This document shows positions 1-19,464 of a stretch of 64,000 nt of DNA, one piece after another. Each line of letters starts with the position of its first letter. The first letter of the stretch is position 1. Source of the stretch: the human T2T-CHM13v2.0 reference genome, Homo sapiens. The stretch lies in assembly GCF_009914755.1 (NCBI RefSeq), contig NC_060929.1. One strand, given 5' to 3'. Under the pieces are notes generated by a model. The model was not told the origin of the DNA. It ran no database searches and saw only the letters and a list, made by a program, of their open reading frames with translations. Made by a program: the position numbers and the translations under genes.

Positions 1-1980
<1,980 letters not shown>

Positions 1981-2025
1981 CATACATACATACATACATA
2001 CATACATACATACATACATACATAC
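1981..2025 (+). repeat. (CATA)n microsatellite derived from the L1 tail
   Basis: ~11 perfect CATA units directly after the L1 3' end. Confidence 0.95.
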
Positions 2026-4425
2026 GATAAAACAAAAAGTTCTCACTCCAGTTTAAAGAAACTTAATTTCTGATTAAAGGGTATAGTAAATGTATGGATG
2101 TTAGTCAGCAGATCCATGCTACTAATAACAACAATGGCTTTAGCTCTATATCATTTATATTAAACATTGTTATAACAAAAATAAAATAATATAAAATAAT
2201 TTTGTTAAGTAAAAAAAGAAAAATAATTCAAAGCAGCTTTTAAGTTTTGCTTTTTAAATTCATAAAGAAATTCTTTTTCTGAAACTTGCTTTTCTATCAG
2301 TATTTTATGAGTGCTCTGCTAGGTGATATAGTTTACAAGGAAAGACTATTAAATTTGAGATGTACTTCATTTGTCATGAAGAAAAAAATTATAATACTTC
2401 TTATCTAAAAGTTTAATGTATTCATATAAAGTAAAAACTCTTAAAATTAACTTACTTTTCATTTAGATGAGACTACTAAAATTTTAAAGTGGTATATCAT
2501 TTTAAAAAATAAGATTAATGCACAGGTTAAATGATCCAGAAAATGCTTGCTTAAACCCTATATTTGTAACTTTAAAGTAAAATTTAATTATATTTCATCT
2601 TTCAAGTATAACTAAGGTGTTATTTTGGCATAATTTCGGAAAAGAAATATTTTACATTAGAATGATTTTATATCAATGCCCATAGAATAGTTTCTTTACC
2701 TGACTCCAGAACATTGATGATACTTTTCTAAATATTTTAAAGGTTCTATTTGTGATGGAAGAAATCAAAATCCAGTTTTATCTAAAACATAAATTTCAAA
2801 ATTTTAATACTTTAACATTAGAAGTTTAAAGTAACATTTTGTAATCTTTAGACATCTTAACATTAAATTAAATGAATTTATAACACAGGAAAAAACAAAT
2901 AGTATAATTACTTTATATTTTTCCCCTCTAAACAATCAGGCAGCGAGCTGTTTTATTACAGCTATCTCTAAAATGCTATAGCTTTTACTGTTTATTTTTA
3001 TGGATAAATTTCAGGAAGGTTTATTGAAAACAGATAATAAAATAGCAAACTCATTTCTGTTCATTGGTTGCTACAAACTATCCAAAAAAATGTCAATAGG
3101 AAAAATAGATTTGATTTTTTTTAAGTCTTATTGAGTGTTCTGGTGACTGAAGGACACATTTACCGCAATGGTAGACACTTTAGAAGCCAAATGTCAAAAC
3201 TACTGATGTGACTTGAATTCCACTTTATAATATAAAACTGGATACAGCCAGATTTCTCACACCTGGAATAACTGCCTCAATTCCTCTGGAAAAGAAAAGA
3301 ATTTCTGAGAATGGGAAATAGATTGCTACGTGGTTAGCACAGAAGATAATTTACTTCAAGTATAACCTGAATCCAGAGTGGTTCGGGACAGGGCAAAAAG
3401 CATACATTTTGGAGAAAATATTTATAATGTTAATTTATATCCCGCATTCAATTATGAAATCAATCAGGATGTTTCTGGTCATATATTTTACTGACACTAA
3501 TTAGTGATTGTTACAACTGCTACAATATAAATTGAGGAAACAGCTGATGAATTCCTCAAAATTTTTAGTTATTTTTATTCTACAAGTGTGTTATGTTTGA
3601 TAAGTGGGGGATTCCTAAGAGGCTTCATGGTATGTGCCTGATTTCCATAAAACCAAGCACAAGCATACAAAACTTTTATAGGCTCCTCAAAATAGTTCAG
3701 CTTCATCTATAATGCAGGAATGATACGATAATATTTACTACATAAAGTGAAGATTAAATGAAATAAAGAGTTCCTGGCATAAAATCTCAATAGCTGTTAG
3801 CTAGGTTTTGTTCTTCATTCTTGCAAGAATTTGAGCACATGAAGCCGGTACCACAGTATCTCAATGCCCAGCACAGTACCCTATGTTAACAGGCCTTTGA
3901 TTAATACTTTGCATTACTTAATAATATAGGAAAATAGTATGAAGTAAACAACCCACCATAAGACAGTACATTTTCACTATTAGTTATTAATAGGACACAA
4001 TAAACATTCCTTAGCTAAATAAACAGGAATCTTTAAAGAAGTGAAATGAGAAATAAATTCATTCATTACCCTACCTAATAAATTTATAAATAGCAATAAT
4101 GTATAAGATCAACCTAATATATTACAAGTTTCTAATATTTTAAGTGAATATATACATTCCTGTTTTGTGTTTATAGATTCTGGACTTGTTTCTGAGGGAT
4201 AAAAATGCTCCTGTAAAACAGATGGCATACATTTGGAGTTATGGACCCTAAATTCTATGACAAATTATTGCACAAGTAAATATAACTGTAAAAAGCAAGC
4301 ACTGATTTATTCAGGGACAATTTCTTCTAGTGTGCGTATACATACAACTAGAATATTTGGTGCTCCCTAACCTAGACATCAGTTTTCACAGGTGGTTTTT
4401 AGGGCTTCTCATAAGCTCTGCTTTC

Positions 4426-4467
4426 ACACACATGTGCACACAACACCCACACACACACACACACACG
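4426..4467 (+). repeat. (CA)n microsatellite, imperfect
   Basis: CA-rich run seen directly. Confidence 0.85.
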
Positions 4468-6144
4468 TGAACAGGGAGAGCATTCTTCCCAATATGTGTA
4501 CAAATTTAGGATTTCCAGTGGATCTGTTTCAAGCCTTGTCTTCCCCTCTAATGAAATGCATTGATCTCTGCATTCTCCAGGAAGCTAATTTACTACCAAA
4601 TGGGAATAAGCCTGTAAAAAGATGGAAGAGAATGAAAGAAAGGGGAAAAAAAAGCATTAAAAAGAAAGCATTTCATAAATGCAGTAGTTCTCAGGAGGGC
4701 AAACTACCATTTGCAATCCCTAATAAATGTGTATTTCATACTGTGCTTAATGTAGTTGACACCCTCATATATTTTCTCCCAGTGATTAATTCTTCAAGCC
4801 TCCATTTTATCCAGATAATTTTCTACAATCTCTATTTTAACCCCACCATATAGCATATCCTACTGTTAAACCATCATAGGGAGAACAATTGGCATCTAGT
4901 TAAATATTCAAAGTTATCCATTAATATCCAAACAAACTTCATCTCTGTAACAGCTCTGCACATCTCTCATCAAGCCCAGTCTTAAAGTGTCCATCTTCCT
5001 AGGTCTTCCTCTGTCTTCCTGCAACTCAGAATGTAATTCTGCATAATCTCAACCTCTCCTGATGGAACATTCATTATCTTGAGCTAACTATAACCAGTGT
5101 TCCTTGGGGACATGACCTTCCTTTCAACTCTCTCAAGTGGGGCCTGCTTTTCCTCATACTCTACAGTTTTAAGGATGTAAAGCTAGGGTAGTTGTATGCC
5201 TTGGCCTACTTGCAAGTCTAAACCATTTCTCCTCCTACACACTTCAGAAACTTCATCCGTTTGATGCTTATTGCGTAAGTATTTGTCACCAGCTAACACT
5301 ACTTACCCCTGGTTATCCTCTTCAGTGAGGACTTTAGAACCTTGCTTATTCTTGCTCTCCACCCTATCTTTCATTTCTACTTGGTAAATTCAATATTCCA
5401 AGGATGACCCCTCCAACATCTAATCTCTGTCCTTTAATTTCTTCTCAATTAATGCTATTTTCCTACTCATTCCACTATAATCTCTCTCCTCAAACTTGCA
5501 AGACCCACTCTTCACTCAGCTCAATTAATAACTTCAATACTTCTAAGAGTAAATAGAAAATATCAAATAGGAGCTTTCTTCTCTTCCAACCAACAGATGT
5601 ATCATCCATTCTACATCTGATGCCCATTCTCTCTGCCTTTCGTTTCATAATAAAACAAGTACTTTGAATGTATTCCTACTCTTCTCTTCTTAACAGCCTA
5701 ATTTCCACAGTTGTCTCTTCTATCCCTGCCTCATACATTTCTCTGCTCTATTGTAGTATCCTCAGTATGTAGCCATAATATCTTTCCTCCAGCTGTGAAA
5801 CACTTTTTCTGCCTCTTTTCCATGGCAAAAATTCTTAAGAGTCTATGGTCACTTTCTCCAAATCTTCTCCATTTTTTTCTAAACCCATCTCAACTGGATT
5901 TTTATCCCTTCATTTCATGATCATCAAGGACTTCCTTGTTGCCAAAATCATATTGGTCATTTTTCTCTTCTAATCTTCATTGAATTTCTAAGCAACTTTC
6001 AACACAGATGTTCACTTATATTTTCTTGAGTTTGTGTTTGGGGCATCCAGGATTCTGAGAAACTACTTTCTCCTGGATTTTCCCTATGCAGTTTCTCTTT
6101 CTTAGTCTTTTTGTTCATTATCATTATTTTGCCTCAAACTAACT

Positions 6145-7107
6145 TTTTTTTAATTCAACTTTTATTTCCGATTCAGAGGGTACATATACAGGATTTTTAC
6201 ATGGGTGTATTGTGTGATGCTGAGGTTTGGAGTACAAATGATCCCACTGAGGTAGCAGGGTGGGACTTGACTCCAGAGGCAGGGCTTGGACAACTGGACC
6301 AGATTGAGGACTGGCTACAACAGGGCAAGGGCAGAAGCAGCTTTCCATCAGACATGTCCACCAGTGTGCCATGTCAGTTCACCATTGCTATGGCAACACC
6401 CAGGAGTTACCACCCTTTTCCATAGCAATGACCTGATAACCCAAAAATTATTACCCTTTCCCTAGTAATTTCTGCATAAATAGCCCCTTAATCTGCATGT
6501 AGTTAAAAGTGGGTATAAATACGACTGCTAATCTGCCCTGAGATGCTGCTCTCTGCCTAGGGGGTAGCCCTGCTTTGCTAGAGCAGTCACAGAGCTGTAA
6601 CACTGCCTCTCCAATAAAGCTGTTAAGTTTGCCCTTGAATTCTCTCCTGGGGAAAGCCAAGAACCCTCTCAGGCTAAGCCCCACATTGGGGCTTGCCTGT
6701 CCTGCATCACCAAAACTCAGGTGGTGGGCATAGTACTCAATAGTTAGTTTTTCAGCCCTTGCCTCCCCCACTCCCTCCCTGCTCTAGTAGTCGCTAGTAT
6801 CTACTGTTGCTATATTTACGTTCATGAGTATTCAGTGTTTGGCTCCAACCTATAAGTCAGAACATGTGGTATTTGGTTTTCTGTTCCTGTGTTAATTCAC
6901 TTAAGATAATGGCCTGTAGCTGCATCCATGTTGCTGCAAATAACATAATTTTGTTTTAATGGCTGCATAGTATTTCATGGTGTAAATGTGCCACATTTTC
7001 TTTATGCAATCCACTGTTGATGGGCACCTAGGTTGATTCCATGTCTTTGTTATTGTGAATAGTGTGGCAATGAATATGCAAGGGCATGTGTCTTTTTGGT
7101 AGAACAA
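6145..7107 (-). mobile_element. LINE-1 3' end (L1PA15/16-like), interrupted by an LTR
   Basis: Poly-T, reverse-complement 3' UTR and ORF2 C-terminus (ORF 6901..7107: KDTCPCIFIATLFTITKTWNQPRCP). Confidence 0.9.
6248..6709 (+). mobile_element. Solo ERV1 LTR (MER66-like)
   Basis: TG...CA termini (tgaggtag...tgcatca), TATA-like gggtataaat, AATAAA near 6613, imperfect 4-bp TSD ccac/ccaa; L1 sequence resumes on both sides. Confidence 0.8.
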
Positions 7108-7604
7108 GGAATCATTTTATTCTCTCTAACACCTTCTGCATTTAATCCATCAGCAAATCCTATGGGGTCCACTTCTAAAATACTTCCCAGATTTGTCCAC
7201 TTCTATGTCCAAAGCTATCATCATAATCTATCCCAAATCACCTCTTTTCCAGGTCTCTATAATAGCTGCCTAGTTGATCTTCCTCGTTTTATTTTCACCC
7301 TCCACCTCATCCTTGATACAATTCATTCTCTTCACAAAAAAGGGATCTTTAAGCTTTTAATCAATACATTCTTTTTTTAACCCTTTAAATATTTTCTCTA
7401 ATATTTAAAATAAAATTCAGACTTTATACCTTGGCCTGAATGACACTATGTTCTTCTTGCCTATCTCTCTAACCTCAAATCATACCATCACAAGCTTCAC
7501 GTATCATGCTGTAGCCACTCCAAGCTCATTCCTATCTCAAGGCCTTTATACTCACTGTACTGACAGTGCTTTTCTTCTGTACCCATAGAATGGTTCACCA
7601 TTTG

Positions 7605-8010
7605 TGTAGGTCAGTTTTCCCGGGAAGCTAACTCTGAGATGGAGATTTGTGTGCACATGGTATATTGGGTGGTACTTGGGGCCAATATCTGTAGGAGAAG
7701 TAAAAGAAGCAGGATTATACAGAGAGAGAAGTTGAACTGCAACACAGTCACAACGAAGGCCTCAATCAAGCCTATGAAGAGCTCTGGGGTGAAGATATAC
7801 CTGAAGCGGGGCAAGGTGGCTTAGTCTTTATGCTCCCATATAAACCAGTCATTCAATACAGGCTGAAATTTGAAGGGAGACAGTTCTTTTCAGCCATGAA
7901 CATTCTATAAGGGCTGTCAGCAGCAGGCAAGATGCCCAGAAGCTAGAAGATGAATGCTTCAGTCCTAATAGAAGGAGCTGGGGGAATGGAGATGATGTGC
8001 TACAGCAACC
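7605..8010 (-). mobile_element. Old ERVL-class LTR (LTR16/LTR33-like) inserted in L2
   Basis: Begins tgtaggtcagttttcccgggaagctaactctgagatggagatttgtgtgca, resembling reverse-complemented old ERVL LTR ends. Confidence 0.5.
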
Positions 8011-8523
8011 ATTACACCTATAAAGGCTTTCCTCTCCTCCTAAGAGAGGCCATCATGACCATTCTAAATTTGAAAACCCCCATATCTTATCTTCATCTAA
8101 AATTACCTTACCTATATGCTTATTATATACTTTCTGACTATACAAGTACATACACATTAGAAAAACAGAGGTCTCGGCTATCTTGTTCACTGTCATTGCC
8201 TCAGTACCTAGGAAGTGTCTAGAAGGCAAATCAATAATTTATATGAATGGATGATTTCTTGAATGAATAAGTTCAGTCTCTCAGGCAGGCACAAGCTTTA
8301 ATGTGCTATATACATCCTTCCCCATATAGGTAAGAACCCAAAATTAAGTGCACAAAACTCTTAAGAGACTGATTTAGATGAGGTGGTTTTGGTGTAATGA
8401 AAAAGTCCTGAATTGGGACAGAAAATTCAAGGCTCCCTACTACTAAGCAAATAAACATCTAACCTGGCTCAAGTTATACCACCCAGGTGAACCTCTATAT
8501 GATCATTTTTAAAAAATATTCCT

Positions 8524-8778
8524 GGTTGCGCATGATGGCTCAAGCCTGTAATCTCAGCATTTTAGGAGGTTGAGGTGGGTGGATCACTTGAGGTCAGGAG
8601 TTCAAGACCAGCCTGGCCAACATGGTGAAACCCCGTCTCTACTAAAAATACAAAAATTAGCCAGGCATGGTGATCCATGCCTGTAATCCCAGCTACTCAG
8701 GAGCCTGAGGCAGGAGAATCACTTGAACCCAGGAGGCAGAGGTTACAGAGAGCCAAAATTGCACCACTGCACTCCAAC

Positions 8779-8783
<5 letters not shown>
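8524..8783 (+). mobile_element. AluS (Sx/Sz-like), lacking last ~20 nt and poly-A
   Basis: Both monomers and the A5TACA5-6 linker present; stops at cactccaacctggg and runs into L1. Confidence 0.95.
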
Positions 8784-12053
<3,270 letters not shown>

Positions 12054-13129
12054 TGGGCAAAAAAAGAAAAATATCAGAAATTGTTCCCTTCGATATATCA
12101 TAAAAATCATTATAAGATGGATAGTGTATATTTTTAAAACATAGCTAATTTAAATGTCTGTTTGTAAGCATGATGCTATTATAACTATGGTGTTAAATAC
12201 ATCTCTGTAAGGAGTTGTAGGAATGTCCCTGAACATGGAGATACCGTAGTCCAAATTAACATGATTGGTTGAACAAAAGTATGAAATTTACTCCTTCCCA
12301 AATGCAACTAAAACTACAGTAAGGGATTTTAAAAAGGGATTTTTTTTTAAGTTAACCCACAGGAAGAGTAAGAACAGAAAAACAGACAACACCCAAAATA
12401 TTGGCAGTTAGAAAGGAGATGGATAAATGGTAAACAACTTAGCAGAGTACAGAGCTGAATACTAGGCAAATAAGGGTGAAAACTGAGAACAACCTAATTT
12501 TCACTGCGGGTATTAAAAGGCTTAGAAACTGGCAGTTCCAAATACCTCTGAAATGTAGCTCAAAGAGAATGCTAAATAACACTGATATGATGAAAACTGT
12601 ATGAAAATCCTATTTCTAATCCCCATTACTATCATATGTTTCTGAGCAACTAATTCTACCCTACCCATAATAATTCAGAAGTGGATAGAATAAAATAACA
12701 GGATATCTAGCCTGGGGAATACAAGGCAAAGTTAAGGGTATTGGTAAAGTTACAAAAATAGGTGAGTTAAGTGACCTTATGCAGATAGTATACTGAGATA
12801 CCCTACTTCCTTCTCTTACTCACTTCCCATAATTCTGGCAAACAGAACTTTAACTTCTGAAGAGAAAATAAGCCTTATACTTAAGAAAGCCAATCAGCCA
12901 GAATAAAATATCTAAAGATACTGGATATTGGAGTGCCTCAGCAAAAACTTACCTAATCCCTCTACCAAAATAGGCTAAAGTCGAAAAGTTAACCCATTTG
13001 TTCAGAAGTTTTGATCAGCTTTTAAAACTCTAAATAGTAGATATAAAAATAAGTCAACAAAAAGGAAGATAAGGGCAAGTTGGTGGACATAGAGAGCTAT
13101 GTAGTTAAAAAATTAAACTTCAGAAGTCT

Positions 13130-13600
13130 TAGATGATTAGCATGAACTGAGAGACTCAATAATGAAAAGATGTCAATAATCCCCAAATCAATCCATAGAG
13201 TCAACATAATCCTAATCAAAATCCAAGTAGAAATTTAAATAAAAATTGACAAGCCAATTCAAAACTCTATATGGAAATGAAATGGGTAAAATAAATAGCA
13301 AAGATAACCCTAAAGAAGGAGAATAAAACTTAAAATATCAAGATTATCACATATCAAGACTTATTGCCAGTAATCATGACAGCATAGTATTAAACAAGGA
13401 TTGATAAATAGACCAACAAAACAGAATAAAGTGCTAAATAAAAAACTGAAATACAGATACACGCATGGAGCCATTCTACATGCAGTGTCATTCCAATGCA
13501 GTGTAGAAAGAACGGTCTTTTCTCCAAATTTCAGATATATGATTGACAACCATATGGAAAGATAATAAATTTAGACCTCTCTAATCATACCATACATATC
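13130..13600 (+). mobile_element. Ancient L1M ORF2 fragment
   Basis: Degenerate match to the L1 ORF2 region (agactcaat...tgtcaat..ccccaaat..atccatag...cctaatcaaaatcc). Confidence 0.65.
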
Positions 13601-14199
13601 TATTCTGGCAATAAACCCTGAGGAAAAAAATAAAAAGCGACTACATGAAGCTTCTAGAGACTGAAGAAAAGCCAGCAGATTTTGAAGATTGAATCAAAGA
13701 AAAAAAGGCTGTCATCCAGCAAATTCTCATTTTTACAGTACTAGATTGAGGACAGGGCACAGTCCCAGAGTAGCATGGAACTGCTAAAACTCTGATAGAG
13801 AAAGCAATATTTTTTGTGGTGTGAACATTCACAGGACAGTGTCTAGGGCAACCACAGCCTATGGAAAGTAAGAGGGGAATCCCCAAAAATGAAAGAACCT
13901 GAGAAGACAAGCTGTAGTACCTTATATAAACTCTGTGTAAGTCTTAAGTTGACCCTTGAACCTTGAATACAGAAGGGGGAATGTAAGCAACTCAGTGAAG
14001 GATAAAAGAACTGAACTGAGATGTGAGCTGGCATCCACTAAAGATAAAAAATTGTTTGCAGTCTGAGTCTAATCAAGTTAGTTGCTAAAACAGCACTCAG
14101 GTGTTAGCCAGCTGTTTCCAAAGTCAGCTGAACTGTGAGATCTTCTTGGCCCTTTTGTTATTGTATCATCATGCAGATCATCTTATGATGAGAGTGGCA

Positions 14200-14700
14200 G
14201 CACAGAAGCATTTGCAACTTTGGGTAGAATGTGATATACAAGCATCATGACCACTATGACAAAAAGAAGAACAATTAATAATCCTTGTAAAATACTTCAG
14301 AACTGGGGACCCCAATTGTACAACTTAGATCAAAATAATAAATCCCATAGGCCATAAGGATTGACCAACCTTAGACAGCCAAATAGCTTTTTCCTTAAGA
14401 TGATGTATAGTCTATTTTACTTTGCCTGTTTTATTCATCCAAATACAGCAATAAATATTCACAATGGCAAAGACACCACCATGACTAGCCAGCCAGAAAT
14501 CTAGAGCTACTCACGACAACAAGACGAGAATGAGCTGTAGTCCATCTAAGATCATTAATATCCGGTGTTATCAATAACTTCAGCCAGAGTTTGTGATAAG
14601 CATCCTCACTGATCTGAATTGAGGGATATTTTTTGCTTTGGTTTTCTAAGATGGATCAATCCTTTTTTCTCTAGTGTTCTTTTTGTTGATAATCTCTACA
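14200..14700 (-). pseudogene. Isolated endogenous retroviral env (SU/TM) remnant
   Basis: Manual minus-strand translation: furin-like REKR (14661-14672), heptad-like LSQTLAEVIDNTG, ISD-like VALDFWLASHGGVFAIVNIYCCIWMNKTGKVK*TIHHLKEKAIWL from 14510, then a hydrophobic TM-like stretch. Confidence 0.8.
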
Positions 14701-15342
14701 TGTATCCTTGTTAATAGGTAGTCTGTTAGGAAGTGGGCCACCCACTTTTTGTTCTGTAGGTCCATAAATTTATTTGTGGATCTGGATCTGTCTTGTTTTG
14801 TTCTGGAAATATTTAAGAATGTTCTTCTAGGTTTTGTAGTTCAGGTAAATGATGATTTTCCATTCTAATTCCTGTTTTCTAATTTAAGTTTTAATTATTG
14901 ACAGAATGAGAAGAAAGGTCTGCTGTTACACTGGTGCTTTCTTTAACTACCAAATGTCATCAGAGGTATCTTTTAGACTAGCACCCCCCATCCAAAAAAC
15001 AAACAAACAAACAAACTGCTATGGTTTCCTTTTATCCTCTCTCTCTCTTTTACCCATAAAGTATCAGGTCAAAAGCTGTGGAGATTGTGATTTGTCTTCC
15101 CAGGCTGGTTGCTACAGAGATGATGGTTAGAGTTCTGTTTTCATACATGGCCTTGCCATTGTCTGTTTTGATATCAATCTCTCACATTGCTTACATTATT
15201 TTTCTCCTGGTAAATCACAATGAAATTAATGAAATAAATTGGCTGAATTTTGTAACATATAAATATTTTGGAAAATGTTACATTATATAAATCATTTCTT
15301 AACTAGAAGGATTATCACTTATGAATAAATAAATCATTCCAT

Positions 15343-16017
15343 CATTTTTTATAGCTGCATAGTATTCCATGGTGTATATGTGCCATATTTTCTTAATCCA
15401 GTCTATCATTGTTGGACATTTGGGTTGGTTCCAAGTCTCTGCTATTGTGAATAATGCCACAATAAACATACATGTGCATGTGTCTTTATAGCAGCATGAT
15501 TTATAGTCATTTGGGTATATACCCAGTAATGGGATGGCTGGGTCAAATGGTATTTCTAGTTCTAGATCCCTGAGGAATCGCCACACTGAATTCCACAGTG
15601 GTTGAACTAGTTTACAGTCCCACCAACAGTGTAAAAGTGTTCCTATTTCTCCACATCCTCTCCAGCAAAAAATGATGAGTTCATGTCCTTTGTAGGGACA
15701 TGGATGAAATTGGAAATCATCATTCTCAGTAAACTATCGCAAGAACAAAAAACCAAACACCGCATATTCTCACTCATAGGTGGGAACTGAACAGTGAGAT
15801 CACATGGACACATGAAGGGGAATATCACACTCTGGGGACTGTGGTGGGGTTGGGGGAGGGGGGAGGGATAGCATTGGGAGATATACCTAAGGCTAGATGA
15901 CAAGTTAGTGGGTGCAGCGCACCAGCATGGCACATGTATACATATGTAACTAACCTGCACAATGTGCACATGTACCCTAAAACTTAAAGTATAATAAAAA
16001 AATAAAAAATAAAAAAA
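15343..16017 (+). mobile_element. Young LINE-1 (L1PA2-like), 5'-truncated with twin-priming inversion
   Basis: 15343-15667 inverted, 15667-16017 sense with poly-A; perfect 16-bp TSD aaataaatcattccat (15327-15342 / 16018-16033); lacks L1HS-Ta ACA and G diagnostics. Confidence 0.95.
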
Positions 16018-16708
16018 AAATAAATCATTCCATAAATTGAGGTCTTATGAGTTCAGTCCTGTGACCTATTTTTTAATTAATTTTTTATTTTTTATTTTTG
16101 TGGGTACAGATTAGGTGTATATATTTTGGGGTTACATGAGATATTTTATACAGGCATGCAATGTGTAACAATGACATCATAAATGTGGTATGTATCACCT
16201 CAAGCATTTATCCTTTGTGTTACAAACAATCAAATTATGCTCTTAGTTATTTTAAAATGTATGACATAATTATTTTTTACTATAGTCACCCTGCTGTTCT
16301 AGCAAATACTAGGTCTTATACATTCTTTGTACTTTTTGTACCCACTAACCATCCTCATTTCCCTCTACCCATCCCCAGCTACTCTTCCTAGTCTCTAGTA
16401 ACCATCCTTCTCCCTACGTCCATGAGTTCAATTGTTTAATTTTTAGATCCCACAGATAAGTGAGAGCATGTGATATTTGTCTTTCCATGCCTGGCTTATT
16501 TCACTTAACATAAAGACTTCCAGTTCCATCTATGTTGTGGCAAATGACAGGATCCTCATTTGTTTTTATGACTAAATAGTACTCCATTGTGTATATGTAC
16601 CACATTTTCTTTACCCACTCATCTGTTGATGGACATTTGGATTGCTTCCAAATCTTGGCTATTGTGTATACTGCTGCAATAAACATAGGAGTGCAGATAT
16701 CCCTTTGA

Positions 16709-17023
<315 letters not shown>

Positions 17024-17376
17024 TACTGATTTCCTTTCTTTGTGGTGTATACCCAGCAGTGGGATAGCTGGATCATATGGTAGCTCTATTTTTAGCTTTT
17101 CAGGAACCTCCAAACTGTTCTCCATATTGGTTGTACTAACTTACGTTCCCACCAATGGTGTAAGAGGGTTCTCTTTTCTCCACATCTTTTCCAGCATTTC
17201 TTATTGCCTGTCATTTGGATAAAATCCATTTTAATTGGCATGATTTTTGATGTAGCCACTTATAGCTATAAACTTCTCTCTTAATACTACTTTCACTGTA
17301 TCCCACAGGTTGTGGTAAGTTGTGTTTCCATTATCATTTATTTCAAGAATTTCTTCAATTTCCTTCTCAATTTCTT

Positions 17377-18688
<1,312 letters not shown>

Positions 18689-19173
18689 AATTTCTTAATT
18701 GACCCACTGGTCCTTCAGGAACATACTGTTTAATTTCCATGTGCTTGTATAGTTTCCAAAATTCCTCTTGGTATTGATTTCTAGCTTTTTCAGAAAACTA
18801 AAAATCTTCTGGTCAGAGATAATGCTTGATATTATTTCAATATGTTTGATGTTTTAAGACTTGTGAGCCAACGTATCATCAGTCCTTGAGAATTATCCAT
18901 GTGCTGAGGAAAAGAAGGTGTATTTTGCAACCAACTGATGAAATACTCTTTGAGTATCTATTAGATTCATTTAATCTACAGTGCAGATTAAGTCTGATGT
19001 TTCTTCATTGATTTTCTCTCTGGAAGATCTGTCCAATGCTGAAAATGGGAACTTAAAGTCTCTAGTTATTATTACATCGGGCTCTATCTCTTTCTATAGT
19101 ACTAATATTTGCTTTATATATCTGGGTGCTCCCGTGTTGGGTCCATATATATTTATAATAGTTACATCTTCTT

Positions 19174-19464
19174 AGCCGGGCACTGTGTCTCATGCCTGTA
19201 ATCCTAGCACTTCGGGAGGCTGATGCAGGTGGATCACGAGGTCAGGAGATCAACACCATCCTGGCTAACACAGTGAAACCCCATCTCTAATAAAAATAAG
19301 AAAATTAGCTGGGCGTGGTGGCAGGCACCTATAGTCCCAGATACTCGGGAGCCTGAGGCAGGATAATGGTGTGAACCCGGGAGGCAGAGCTTTCAGTGAG
19401 CCGAGATCGCGCCACTGCACTCCAGCCTGGGAGACAGTGAGACTCTGTCTCAAAAAAAAAAAAA
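19174..19464 (+). mobile_element. AluY-like element
   Basis: Diagnostic gagatc..accatcctggctaaca and aatggtgtgaacccgggaggcagagctt; 14-bp TSD agttacatcttctt 19160-19173 / 19465-19478. Confidence 0.95.

Larger units (their letters stand above)
4980..8270 (+). mobile_element. LINE-2 relic, fragmented and interrupted by L1 and LTR insertions
   Basis: Pyrimidine-rich L2-like segments at 5880-6090 and 7120-7600; L2-like 3' end at 8180-8270 (cagtacctaggaagtgtct...tcaataatttatatgaatggatga); boundaries approximate. Confidence 0.65.

Noticed and set aside
4392-4853. 153-aa ORF
   Set aside because: GTG start, runs through a CA microsatellite and A-tracts, no recognisable domain.
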